From an uncultured Acidobacteriota bacterium (lineage in GTDB: Bacteria > Acidobacteriota > JAQAZP01), in the NCBI GenBank assembly GCA_963836075.1, contig CAWIIB010000001.1, positions 1,344,001 through 1,408,000 on the forward strand: a stretch of 64,000 nucleotides of DNA, written 5' to 3'. Made by a program: the position numbers and the translations under genes. This document shows, piece after piece, positions 51,206 to 61,096 of the stretch. The notes beneath the pieces were generated by a model. It did not search any database, was not told where the DNA came from, and was given only the letters and a program-made list of their open reading frames with translations. Each line of letters opens with the position of its first letter. The first letter of the stretch is position 1.

Positions 51206-51851
51206 ATGGACACAGGCTCGAACAGCCTGTCCACTGAGGGAGGGCGGCGCCTGCCCGGCGCCGCTCTCCTGCTGGCCGGTCTGGCCCTGGCCGTCCACCT
51301 GGTGCCCGGCGCGGACGAACTGCTGGAGTACCGGCGCGAGGCGATCATCGCCGGGCAGGTGTGGCGTATCCTCTCCGGCCACTGGGCCCACTTCACTCTG
51401 AACCACCTCTCGTGGGACCTGCTGGCCTTTCTGGTTCTCGGGTCGGCTTGTGAGCAGTTCAGCCGCCGCCGGTTCGTGCTGGCCGTATTCGGCTCGGCCA
51501 TCACGGTGGCCGCCGTGTCCTGGTTCCTGCTGCCCGGGATGACCGCCTACCGCGGCCTCTCCGGTATCGGCTCCGCCCTCTTCGGGCTGCTCACCGTCCA
51601 GTTGATCAGGAACGCGATCCGGCAAGGGTACGCCCCGGGCGCTCCTCTTCCCCGCTTCCCTGCTGCTCCTCTTCCTGGGCAAATCCGGCTATGAACTCTG
51701 GGCCGGGGCCAGCGTGTTTGTCAGCGACTACGGCGCGGCCGTGGACCCGGTGCCCCTGGCCCACCTGGCCGGTGCGGCGGTGGGCTGCGCCGCTGGCCTG
51801 GTCCGCGGGCCGACCACTCCCGCGAGAGACCTTACGGCAGCACCCCGGTGA
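51206..51851 (+). CDS. Rhombosortase (rhomboid family), one +1 frameshift at about 51633-51636
   Basis: GQVWRILSGHWAH...HL, YRGLSG catalytic Ser; deleting one C restores ...KSGYE...VPLAHLAG (catalytic His) and stop at 51849-51851. Confidence 0.85.
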
Positions 51852-53536
51852 CCACCTCGGCGTCGGTACCGTTGTCGCCTGCCGGCGGGTAAGGCGGCTG
51901 GTTGGTACGGGGCCGGAGTCACGTCCTCATACACCAGGGTAAAAATGTTGTCCCCGGCCAGCGGCGGCAACTGGGGCAGGTTCACCGGAAAGACCCTGGC
52001 GAAGGTGGCCCCGGCCCCGATATTGGTGTAGCCGAAGCGCCAGTTGGGATAGTGCGCGCCCCCGGCGAGGGTCACGTCGATCCCCGCGGCCACCCGGCGG
52101 GTCTGCCCGGAGAACGCATTGATCAGGCTCATGGTCATGGTGGTGCTGAAGGGCAGGGTCCCGGAAGAGGGTACGCAGGTCAGGCTCCCGTCGATGGTGT
52201 TGAACAGCGCGCACAATTCCTTGCCGACGCCCGGTACGTATGCCCTGAAATACAGCTTGTCCCCGGCAACGGTGAGGAACTCGGGTGTCGACGACCCGCT
52301 GCCGCCGTTGAGGTCAGCCACCATGGCCGTCCCCCCGGCCGTGCCGTCACTGCTCCACAGTTCGGTGCCGTTGATCCCGTCGTTCACCCGGAAGTAGACC
52401 TTTTCCCCCAGCGCGGTCATGTGCTCGGGGTAAGAGCCATCGCCCGAGATGATATCTGCCACCACCACGGTCCCGGCATACGTCCCGTCACTCTTCATCA
52501 GCTCGTTGCCATAGACGGAATCGGTGGCCCGGAAATAGAGCGTGTTGCCCACGGCCACCAGGTACCAGGGAAGCGAGCTCTGCGGTCCGACCCGGATGTC
52601 GCGCAGCTGGTAGGTGCCGCCGTAGGTGCCGTCGCTGCGCCAGAGTTCCGTACCATCTTCGTTGTCCGCACCCTGAAAGTAGAGGATCCCGTTCATCGCG
52701 GTGATTTCGATGGGGCCCAGTGAGCCGGGAAGTTCGCTGAACACCTCCCAGGTGCCGGGGCCGGTGCCGTCGCTGCGCCAGAGCATGCCGTTGGCCTGGT
52801 AATAGAGTATTCCGTCCATCACTTCCGGTTCGGTAAATGACGCGCCGGCGAGACCGGGATTGCTGTCCAGCACCATGTCAGTGCCCGCCGCGGTGCCGTC
52901 GCTGCGCCACAGCTCACGGCCGCCGGTGAGGTGGTAGGCGACAAAGAAACAGTAGCCGTCCATGGCCAGCAGGTATTCGGGCGAGGAGGATCCGGAATCG
53001 GGATAGCAGTCCTTGACCATCACCGTGCCGGCGTCGGTGCCGTCACTGACCCACAGTTCCCTGCCGTGAATGCCGCTCCCGTCATCGGCGGCGAAGAAGA
53101 GTCGGTTGCCCACGGCGGTGAGCCCGTTGGGCCGGTTGGTGTAGAGCCAGGCATCGGAAACCATCTCCTCGCTGCCCATCGTCCCGTCACTCTTCCACAA
53201 CTGGTGATCGAAGCCGTAGGACATGATGAAGTAGAGGGTGGAGCCCACGGCAGTTAGATGGTAGGGCCCGGTGAGCCCGGAAAGCGCCGTGATCGGGTAT
53301 GTCCCGGCGACCGTGCCGTCGCTGCGGAACAGCTGCTGACTGAAGCTGACCGGATCGGAAGCCACGAAATAGAGCTGATCCCCCATGGCCAACAGTTGCT
53401 CGGGGTTGGAGTCGAGGCTCCCCGACCAGATGTCGATCACCTGGACCGGATCGGCCAGGCTGGACGGTGCGGTCGTGGCCAGGGCAATGACCAGCAGGAT
53501 GATGGTGAGAGCAGTCATGCGTGTGCTGTTCTTCAT
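51832..53536 (-). CDS. Secreted ELWxxDGT-repeat protein with distinct C-terminal domain, one +1 frameshift at about 51905
   Basis: Signal peptide; repeated ELWRSDGT-type units; removing one C gives EDVTPAPYNQPPYPPAGDNGTDAEVVTGVLP-stop (51832-51834). Confidence 0.85.
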
Positions 53537-53672
53537 CACTGGGCTCCTTGTATGAGGCGGGACGGGACGGCGTGGATATTCTCTTCACAGCACAATATTG
53601 GGCAGGAAATGGAATCTGTCAATTCTTGATGTGCGCGATATGGCCGACGAGAGGCCTGAAGATATTCGTGCC

Positions 53673-55118
53673 CTAACGAAAAAACGTGCCGAGAACATCC
53701 CGCAGCTGGCTCCGCGAGGCGGGGCTCACCGCCAGCAGCACGGCGAAGTAGACAGCGGTGCCGGCCAGCACCCGGGCCACCAGGGACCAGCCATCACCAA
53801 TCTCCAGCACCAGGCCCATCCCCCAGAGCGCGGCACCCATCACCACGGAAGCCAGCAGGGCGGCCCGCAGGTGGAGCAGGATGCGGAAGACCGAACAGTT
53901 GAGGATCAGCCCGGTCAGATGGTAGATGGCCGGCTGGAGCAGGAGGAAGGAACCGGTCACCGCCCAGGCCGTTCCCAGCAGCCCCCAGGTTCTGGCCATG
54001 GGGTAGATGACGGTGGCCAGGATCACCAACCGGGCGATGTTGATCCAGGATAGATACTGGGGTTTGCCCACGGCCTGGAACAGCGCGCCGGTGGGCATCT
54101 GCACCGCGCGCACCGTGCCGTATAGCGCCACAACCCGCAGCAGGGGCACCATCACCTCCGCGTCCCAGCGCTGGCCGAAGATCACCCGGGCCAGTTCCGG
54201 GGCCAGCATCCAGACACCGGCAAAGAACGGCAGGGCCAGCCAGGAGTAGAGGAAGTAGGTGCGCATGAAGGCGTCCTTCAGCTCCGCCGGCTTGTCCTGC
54301 AGTTTCGAATAGGCCGGGAAGGTGACCCGGGAGAGGATCACCCCGGCCTGGAAGATCGGCTGGCTGCCCCACTTGTAGGACTCGGCGTAGTAGCCCAGCG
54401 GGCCCCGGCCGAACATCTTGCTGACCAGCGCCCGGTCCCCCTGGTTGATCAGGAAGTTGATCATCCCGGCGCTGAACAGATGCTTGCCGTAGGCCAGCAG
54501 TTCCCCGGCTATCCGGCGGTCAAAGACCAGCCGGGGCCTGAAACTGCAGAGCATGGTGCAGAGGACCGCCAGCACCAGTTCCTGGGCCACGTAGCCCCAG
54601 ATCAGGCTCCAGACGCCGTAGCCGCGGAAGGCCAGTACCAGGGCCACCACGCCATAAGCGGCACTGGAGGCCAGTTCGGCCCACATCTTGCGCAGATACT
54701 CGAACCGCCGGTCCATCATCATGAAAAAGACCCGGCCGAAGGAAGTGGGAATGAAGACCGCCGCCATCAGCCGCACCGCCGGCTTGAGCACCGGGTCATT
54801 GAAAAACTCGGCCATGGGCCCGGCCAGCAACCAGCCGAGGATGGCCAGGGAAAGGCCGAGCAGCGGGTAGATGAAAAAGGCGGTGGAGGCGGCCAGTTCC
54901 ACGTCCTCGCGGCGCTGGATCAGTGCGGCCCCGAGGCCCATGTTCTGGAACAGGCCCATGGCGGCGATCAGCACCGTGGCCATGGCCAGGGTGCCGAAGT
55001 CGGCCGGCAGCAGCAGGCGGTAGAGAATGGCCGAGAGGAGAAAGAACAGCAGCTGCCGGACCAGGTTGGCGATGGCGGTCCAGACGGCCCCGCGGATGGT
55101 CTGCTGCTTGATCGACAT
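53673..55118 (-). CDS. Polysaccharide flippase (Wzx/PST family)
   Basis: RLLLPADFG, GLGAALIQ, GVWSL, LGYY, VTFPAYSKLQ; many TM segments. Confidence 0.88.
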   Translation of the reverse strand: MSIKQQTIRGAVWTAIANLVRQLLFFLLSAILYRLLLPADFGTLAMATVLIAAMGLFQNMGLGAALIQRREDVELAASTAFFIYPLLGLSLAILGWLLAGPMAEFFNDPVLKPAVRLMAAVFIPTSFGRVFFMMMDRRFEYLRKMWAELASSAAYGVVALVLAFRGYGVWSLIWGYVAQELVLAVLCTMLCSFRPRLVFDRRIAGELLAYGKHLFSAGMINFLINQGDRALVSKMFGRGPLGYYAESYKWGSQPIFQAGVILSRVTFPAYSKLQDKPAELKDAFMRTYFLYSWLALPFFAGVWMLAPELARVIFGQRWDAEVMVPLLRVVALYGTVRAVQMPTGALFQAVGKPQYLSWINIARLVILATVIYPMARTWGLLGTAWAVTGSFLLLQPAIYHLTGLILNCSVFRILLHLRAALLASVVMGAALWGMGLVLEIGDGWSLVARVLAGTAVYFAVLLAVSPASRSQLRDVLGTFFR

Positions 55119-55122
55119 CAGG

Positions 55123-55671
55123 TCAGGACACGCCCTTGAGCAGAGTGAGGAATTCGTTGCGGGCGCCGTCCTCTTCGCGGAAGCAGCCGAGAATCGAGCT
55201 GGTGACCATCTTGGTGTTCTGCTTCTGCACCCCGCGCATCATCATGCAGAGGTGGGCGGCCTCGATCACCACCGCCACGCCCAGCGGCTGAAGGTATTCC
55301 TGGAGGCTCTCGGCGACCTGGACGGTAAGCCGCTCCTGGACCTGCAGCCGGCGGGAGAACACATCCACCAGGCGGGGGATCTTGCTCAGGCCGATGATCC
55401 GGCCGTTCGGCACGTAGGCCACGTGGGCCTTGCCGTAAAAGGGGAGCATGTGGTGCTCGCAGAGGGAGTAGAAGTCGATGTCCCTGACCACCACCATCTC
55501 GTCATATTTTTCGTGAAAGATGGCGCCCCGCACCACCTCCTCGGCCGACTGGCCGTAACCGGCGGTGAGAAAGCGGTAGGCCTTGTCCACCCGCTCCGGG
55601 GTTTTGACCAGACCCTCCCGTTCGGGGTCCTCGCCCAACTTTTCCAGTATCGACCGTATTTCTTCCTGCAT
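55123..55671 (-). CDS. folE: GTP cyclohydrolase I
   Basis: [48 protein letters not shown]. Confidence 0.97.
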   Translation of the reverse strand: MQEEIRSILEKLGEDPEREGLVKTPERVDKAYRFLTAGYGQSAEEVVRGAIFHEKYDEMVVVRDIDFYSLCEHHMLPFYGKAHVAYVPNGRIIGLSKIPRLVDVFSRRLQVQERLTVQVAESLQEYLQPLGVAVVIEAAHLCMMMRGVQKQNTKMVTSSILGCFREEDGARNEFLTLLKGVS

Positions 55672-55863
55672 CTTGGCTCCTGAAGGTGTTGGCGGATCGT
55701 TTTCAAATACAACAGTTTATGGATATCGATCCCGCGTCCATTATAAAAGCCGTCCGGGCACTGTCAAGGCCGGCCCCGGTTGCCTGGACAATCGAAAAGC
55801 CATACAATACGCCCGTTTTTCCGGAATCGTCAGCGGATTTGCGCAACCATAGAGGAGATGAAG

Positions 55864-57099
55864 ATGAGCACCTTCAGACCGTTCAAGGGGCTGCGGCCCC
55901 GGCCGGAGCTGGCCGAAAAGATCGCCTCACCGCCCTACGACGTGATCAACTCCGAGGAAGCGCGGGAGATCGCCGCCGGCAATCCCCTCTCCTTCCTCCA
56001 CGTGGTCAAGCCGGAGATCGACCTCGACCCCTCCATCGACCTCTACGACGACCGGGTCTACGCCAAGGCGGCGGAGAACTTCAACCGGCTGATCGACGAG
56101 GGCAGCATGGTCCAGGACGGTGAGCCGTCCTACTACGTCTACGCCCAGGAGATGGGCAGCCACCGCCAGGTGGGCATCGTGGGCTGCGCCTCGGCCGACG
56201 ACTATTTCAACGACGTGATCCGCAAGCACGAGTTCACACGGCCGGACAAGGAAAAGGACCGCACCCGCCACGTGGACACCCTCGATGCCAACGCCGGGCC
56301 GGTCTTCCTGACCTACCGGGCCAGCGAGGACGTGGACCGGCTGGTGGCCGAGATCACCGCCGGCGACCCGGAGAACGACTTCTCCGCCGACGGCGTACGC
56401 CACATCCTCTGGCCGGTTTCCACCCCCCAGTGGGTGGAAAAGGTGGAGCAGGCCTTTGGCGGCATCCCGGTGCTCTACGTGGCCGATGGCCACCACCGCT
56501 CGGCCTCGGCAGCCAGCGTGCGCAACTGGCGGCAGGAAAAGAACCCCGGGCACACCGGCGACGAAGATTACAACTTCTTCCTCGCCGTGGTCTTTCCCCA
56601 CGACCAGATGCAGATCATGGCCTACAACCGGGTGGTGGAGGACCTCAACGGCATGAGCCCCGCCCAGTTCCTGGAGCGGGCAGCCGAGAAGTTCGAGGTG
56701 CGTGACGCCACTTCGCCGGTGCCGGCCTCGCCCCGGCAGTTCTGCATCTACCTCGAGGGCAAGTGGCACCTGCTCACCGCACGTCAGGGCAGTTTTGATG
56801 CCGACGACCCGGTGCTGCGTCTCGACTGCAGCATCCTGCAGAAAAACCTCCTCGAGCCGCTGCTGGGCATCGGTGACCCGCGCACCGACAAGCGGATCAA
56901 CTTCGTCGGCGGCATCCGGGGCACCAAAGAGCTGGAGAAACTGGTGGACGGCGGGAAATACGCCGTGGCCTTCTCTCTCCACCCCACTTCAATCGTCGAC
57001 CTGATGTCGGTGGCCGACGCCGGCCAGGTCATGCCGCCCAAGTCCACCTGGTTCGAGCCGAAGCTGCGCTCGGGCCTGGTGGTGCACAAACTCTCCTGA
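55864..57099 (+). CDS. DUF1015 family protein
   Basis: SPPYDVI, IRKHEFT, YVADGHHR, MPPKSTWFEPKLRSGL. Confidence 0.9.
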   Translation: MSTFRPFKGLRPRPELAEKIASPPYDVINSEEAREIAAGNPLSFLHVVKPEIDLDPSIDLYDDRVYAKAAENFNRLIDEGSMVQDGEPSYYVYAQEMGSHRQVGIVGCASADDYFNDVIRKHEFTRPDKEKDRTRHVDTLDANAGPVFLTYRASEDVDRLVAEITAGDPENDFSADGVRHILWPVSTPQWVEKVEQAFGGIPVLYVADGHHRSASAASVRNWRQEKNPGHTGDEDYNFFLAVVFPHDQMQIMAYNRVVEDLNGMSPAQFLERAAEKFEVRDATSPVPASPRQFCIYLEGKWHLLTARQGSFDADDPVLRLDCSILQKNLLEPLLGIGDPRTDKRINFVGGIRGTKELEKLVDGGKYAVAFSLHPTSIVDLMSVADAGQVMPPKSTWFEPKLRSGLVVHKLS

Positions 57100-57109
57100 G
57101 CTCTGCCCT

Positions 57110-57141
57110 GCCCCGGCCGCAGTCCTGACTGCGGCCGGGGC
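57110..57141 (+). terminator. Strong hairpin after the DUF1015 gene
   Basis: 15-bp perfect inverted repeat GCCCCGGCCGCAGTC/GACTGCGGCCGGGGC, 10 bp after the stop; weak U-tract. Confidence 0.6.
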
Positions 57142-57282
57142 GGTTTCCGCTCTCTCCCTGTTTGGCATTCCCCCCCGTCTGTGCCAGAATTCGTCTAACG
57201 CGAAAGAGAACATTCCCAGGCAGAACTCGACAATTGCCGGCATGTCGGAAACCGGATGTCCCCCCGGGGGAGGAGATGAACG

Positions 57283-57816
57283 ATGCCAAAGAAAGAGTGC
57301 GGCAAGGACCTCTGCAAGAACCTGTCATCCGGGGAAGCAAGGCCGGCCTGCTGCTCGGTCACCGAGATGACCCAGATGGTTTTGCCCAACGACGCCAATA
57401 TCCTGGGCAACGTGCTGGGCGGGATGGTGATGCACTGGGTGGACCTGGCCGCGGCCATCGCCGCCCGCCGCTTCTGCGGAACCCCGGTGGTCACCGCCTC
57501 GATGGACACGCTCAGCTTCATCAACCCCATCCCGGTGGGGCAGGTGGCGCGACTGACCGCCAAGGTCACCTGGTGCGGCCGCACATCGATGGAAGTGCGG
57601 GTGGATGTGGAGGCCGAAGATCTCGACCGCCGTGAAGTCCGCCCCACCAGTGTGGCCTACCTGACCTTCGTCTCCCTGGACGAGAACGGCCGGCCCACAC
57701 CCGTGCCGCGGCTGCTCACCGAGACCGAGGAGGAGAAGAAGGAGTTCCGTGACGCCGAAAAACGCCGTGAGGCCAGGCTCAAACTGAGGGAGCAGACCCA
57801 ACCCGGGCAGGGGTAA
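57283..57816 (+). CDS. Acyl-CoA thioesterase (hotdog fold, YciA-like)
   Basis: VLPNDANILGNVLGG, VVTAS, GRTSMEV, TFVSLDENGRP. Confidence 0.9.
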   Translation: MPKKECGKDLCKNLSSGEARPACCSVTEMTQMVLPNDANILGNVLGGMVMHWVDLAAAIAARRFCGTPVVTASMDTLSFINPIPVGQVARLTAKVTWCGRTSMEVRVDVEAEDLDRREVRPTSVAYLTFVSLDENGRPTPVPRLLTETEEEKKEFRDAEKRREARLKLREQTQPGQG

Positions 57817-57930
57817 TCCCCTGCCCCTGCCGCAACCGGACCTGCGCGTGACAGTATGAAAAGAGGAGGTGTGACCTCTCCCCCACCGGGCAGGCCGGAC
57901 ATCGGGACAGGTACCTGATGGGAAAAGAGA

Positions 57931-58350
57931 TCAGCCGGAGGCCACCGGGGCGTCCACCAGCGCTTCGAGGTTCTTCGACTCCAGCAGCTTCACCAGGTCA
58001 TCCTGCAGATCGCTCCAGGCGTGAATCTGGGGGCACCTGTCGTAGTGCTCGCAGCCCGGATCCTCCTTGATGCACTTCAGAAGGTAGATCGGCCCCTCCA
58101 CCGCTTCGATCACATCGCGGAAGGTCACCTCGTGGGGTTTCTTGCCCAGCACATATCCGCCGCCCGGACCGTACTTCGATTTCACGATGTTGGCATCCAC
58201 CAGATCTTTCATGATCTTGGAGAGAAATTTCTGCGGCACGTTCCAGACACTGGAGATCTCGGTCACCCGGAGAACGTTTTTATCTTCCTGGTTAAGTAAA
58301 ACGTGAAGCGCCAGAAAGGCGTAGTCGATTTTCTTTGTCATCCACAACAT
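57931..58350 (-). CDS. Rrf2 family transcriptional regulator
   Basis: KIDYA, FLSKI..L, GPGGGY.L, VIEAVEG, three C-terminal Cys. Confidence 0.92.
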   Translation of the reverse strand: MLWMTKKIDYAFLALHVLLNQEDKNVLRVTEISSVWNVPQKFLSKIMKDLVDANIVKSKYGPGGGYVLGKKPHEVTFRDVIEAVEGPIYLLKCIKEDPGCEHYDRCPQIHAWSDLQDDLVKLLESKNLEALVDAPVASG

Positions 58351-58476
58351 GAGCCAACTCCTTTCGGATCACCCGGCGCCGCAAATGTTAGCGGCGTGCA
58401 ACGATTGTCCGCGTTAGGCGACAACGTGTCAAGGTATATTACCGCCGATCACAAAGCGGGGCACCGGAGGAACCGC

Positions 58477-58504
58477 TTGACTCATCCCGGTGATCCGCTA
58501 CTAT
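58477..58504 (+). promoter_or_regulatory. Candidate sigma70 promoter of rseP
   Basis: TTGACT-N16-TACTAT. Confidence 0.4.
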
Positions 58505-58610
58505 TAGGGCTCGCACGAGAATAACCGCGGCCCACCGTGGCCGCCCGGTACGTCCTCCTGTCCCGCCGGATTCCGGCCCGCGGAAGGCGACCTGCACTAC
58601 GGATACGGAC

Positions 58611-59684
58611 ATGGTCTTCACTTTTCTTTCATTCGTCGTCGTTGTGGGCATCATTATTTTTGTCCATGAACTGGGTCACTTCCTCGCCGCCAAGGCGGTG
58701 GGCATCCGGGTGACCCGCTTCTCCCTCGGCTTCCCCCCCAAGCTCTACGGCAAGACCGTGGGTGATACCGAATACTGCATCTGCTGGATCCCCCTCGGCG
58801 GCTACGTAAAGATGGCCGGTATGCTCGACGAGAGCTTCGATGACGAGGACGCCATCAAGGGCGAGCCCTGGGAGTTCGAGTCGAAGAACGCCCTGCAGAA
58901 GGCCTTTGTCATCTGCGCCGGCGTGCTGATGAACTTCCTCCTGGGGATGGTGATCTTTTCCATGATCACCGGGATCAGCGGCATGCCGGAGGCAAAGGAC
59001 CCGGTGATCGGCGAGGTGGTGCCCGGCTACCCTGCCGAGCAGGCCGGAGTGCAGGACGGCGATCTGGTGACCGAGGTCAACGGCGTGGCGGTGAGCAGTT
59101 GGACCGGGATCGTCGAAGTGATCCACAACCTCACAGCGGAGGAGTCACTGACCCTCCAGCTGGAACGGGATGGCGAACCGCTGTCGGCCACCATGGCCAC
59201 CAGACAGGAAAAAGCGATGATCGACGGTGAGATCCGCACCATCTCCAAGGTGGGGATCAACCCTCACATCACCACCCGGCCGGCGACCATGGGGGAGGTT
59301 CTGCGCAGCGGCCCGGAAGCAACCTGGGCGCTGATCAAGATGTCGGCCCTGACCATCCGCATGCTGGTCACCGGTAACGCGTCGGTACGCGACCTGGCCG
59401 GCCCGCTGTTTATTGCCCAGATGTCGGGCCGGACCGCCCGGTCCGGAACCCTGGACTTTCTGGGGTTCATCGGTTTCATCAGCGTCAATATCGGCTTTCT
59501 CAACATCCTGCCGATCCCGGTTCTCGACGGCGGCCACCTGGTCTACATCGCTCTCGAGGCCATCTTCAGACGCAAGATCCCCTTCAATATCAAGCTGCGC
59601 ATCCAGCAGGTGGGCCTGGCCCTGTTGCTGCTGCTGATGGTGGCGGTATTTTACTCCGACATCATGCGGATCTTTATCGACTGA
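58611..59684 (+). CDS. rseP: RIP metalloprotease RseP
   Basis: HELGH, IPLGGYVKM, PDZ domain, NILPIPVLDGG. Confidence 0.95.
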   Translation: MVFTFLSFVVVVGIIIFVHELGHFLAAKAVGIRVTRFSLGFPPKLYGKTVGDTEYCICWIPLGGYVKMAGMLDESFDDEDAIKGEPWEFESKNALQKAFVICAGVLMNFLLGMVIFSMITGISGMPEAKDPVIGEVVPGYPAEQAGVQDGDLVTEVNGVAVSSWTGIVEVIHNLTAEESLTLQLERDGEPLSATMATRQEKAMIDGEIRTISKVGINPHITTRPATMGEVLRSGPEATWALIKMSALTIRMLVTGNASVRDLAGPLFIAQMSGRTARSGTLDFLGFIGFISVNIGFLNILPIPVLDGGHLVYIALEAIFRRKIPFNIKLRIQQVGLALLLLLMVAVFYSDIMRIFID

Positions 59685-59696
59685 ATATGAACGAAC

Positions 59697-60176
59697 CTAG
59701 CGGCAGGAAGACCGACCCAGGGAAAGGGCCGAGGGTCGGAAAAGTGCGTGCAGGGAGAGGGCCAGCAGGACGATGTTCTGACCGATCTTGGTCCAGCCGA
59801 TCACCATGCCGTCGGAACCGGTGGAGAAACAGCCACAGTTGAAATCGAGGCCGCGGGCCAGATTGAAACCGATGGCGGCGATAAAGACCACCAGCAGCAG
59901 CGAGATGATCAGCGAGCTGCCGCGGCTGAACAGCCCGAATACCAGCAGCAGGCCGGCCGCCAGTTCGAGCCAGGGGAGAATGATGGCGGTGAGGTTGATC
60001 AGTTGGTGAGGAAGGATGCGGTAGTTGTTGACGATACCGGCGAACTCGGCCGGGTGGGCGATCTTGTCCAGGCTGGCGTAGATAAAGACGACGCCGACGA
60101 TCACCCGGCAGGCCAGGGCCAACCAGGGGTTGGCGAAGATGGCGGCCAGTCCTGCGGGTTGTCTCTCCATCGTCAT
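59697..60176 (-). CDS. MauE/DoxX family membrane protein
   Basis: VFIYASLDKI, LPWLEL, RGLDFNCGCF. Confidence 0.88.
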   Translation of the reverse strand: MTMERQPAGLAAIFANPWLALACRVIVGVVFIYASLDKIAHPAEFAGIVNNYRILPHQLINLTAIILPWLELAAGLLLVFGLFSRGSSLIISLLLVVFIAAIGFNLARGLDFNCGCFSTGSDGMVIGWTKIGQNIVLLALSLHALFRPSALSLGRSSCR

Positions 60177-60188
60177 TCCTCGTTCTTG

Positions 60189-60884
60189 TCAATACGGCAG
60201 GAGCGCCTCGCCCTCTTCCGTGGGCTGTCCGGCCTCAACCCATTGCTCCCAGCCGCCAAAAAAGACGCGCACCTGGCCGAACCCCATGGCCGTCAGTTCG
60301 TCGGCCAGTTCCAGGCTCAGCGCGCACTCGCTGCCGTCACAGTAGGTGACCACCAGACCGTCTTCGGGCAGGTAGTTGAGCACGTCGAGGTGGGACTCCA
60401 GTTCGTCATAGGGCAGGTTCAGCGCGCCGGGGACGTGCCCGGCGGCGAACTCGTCGGGCATGCGCGCGTCGACAAAGAGAGCCGTCCCCTGCTCGAACAG
60501 CTCCAGAGCCTGGGCCAGGTCGAGGGCTTTTGGCCCGTGGCCGTCCTCTTCCGCCGTCTCGGCCACCGGCAGGGCCGAAAAGACCTCCACCCCCCTGCTG
60601 CCGCCGCTCTGCGGCTCCTCCTCCGGCGGAGGAACGTCCGGAGTCTCTTCCGGCGCCACCATGTCGGCCCCGCTCACTGCCGGGGGTGCCTCCGCGCTCT
60701 GCCGGGCCGGCGCGGCGGCAACCGGCTTGTCAAAATTCACCACCCGCACCGACCCCACCAGGGGGATGCCGCCGTCCCGCGCCCCGTTGAACGCCAGGCC
60801 GGTGACCGCGGCCAGCACAACGATGATCACTGCCTGCCAGAGGGCGGCGGGAAAGGGCCGGTATGTTGAAACGTCTCCGTTCAT
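60189..60884 (-). CDS. Membrane-anchored rhodanese-domain protein
   Basis: N-terminal TM, Pro/Glu/Ala linker, FVDAR, GHVPGA, YCDGSEC, GGWEQW. Confidence 0.85.
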   Translation of the reverse strand: MNGDVSTYRPFPAALWQAVIIVVLAAVTGLAFNGARDGGIPLVGSVRVVNFDKPVAAAPARQSAEAPPAVSGADMVAPEETPDVPPPEEEPQSGGSRGVEVFSALPVAETAEEDGHGPKALDLAQALELFEQGTALFVDARMPDEFAAGHVPGALNLPYDELESHLDVLNYLPEDGLVVTYCDGSECALSLELADELTAMGFGQVRVFFGGWEQWVEAGQPTEEGEALLPY

Positions 60885-61096
60885 CTTGTCTACCTGTCCG
60901 GGGGTCGGCTCGCGCCGGGGAAACTGCCGGTCCGGCGCATTATAATTGGGTGGCTCGATCTTCTCAATCACCGTGCTCCGCCGGCCAACCGCGATTTTGA
61001 TATAATCGCGCCCCGGCGGCGTCCTTGTACCCAATACGCCCGGAACGGGCTGCCCGTCTATTTCGTGGCAACCGGACACCGATGGGATGGAACAGA

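Noticed and set aside
55123-55671. folE as part of a 7-deazaguanine DNA-modification island
   Set aside because: No queC, queD, queE or dpd genes nearby
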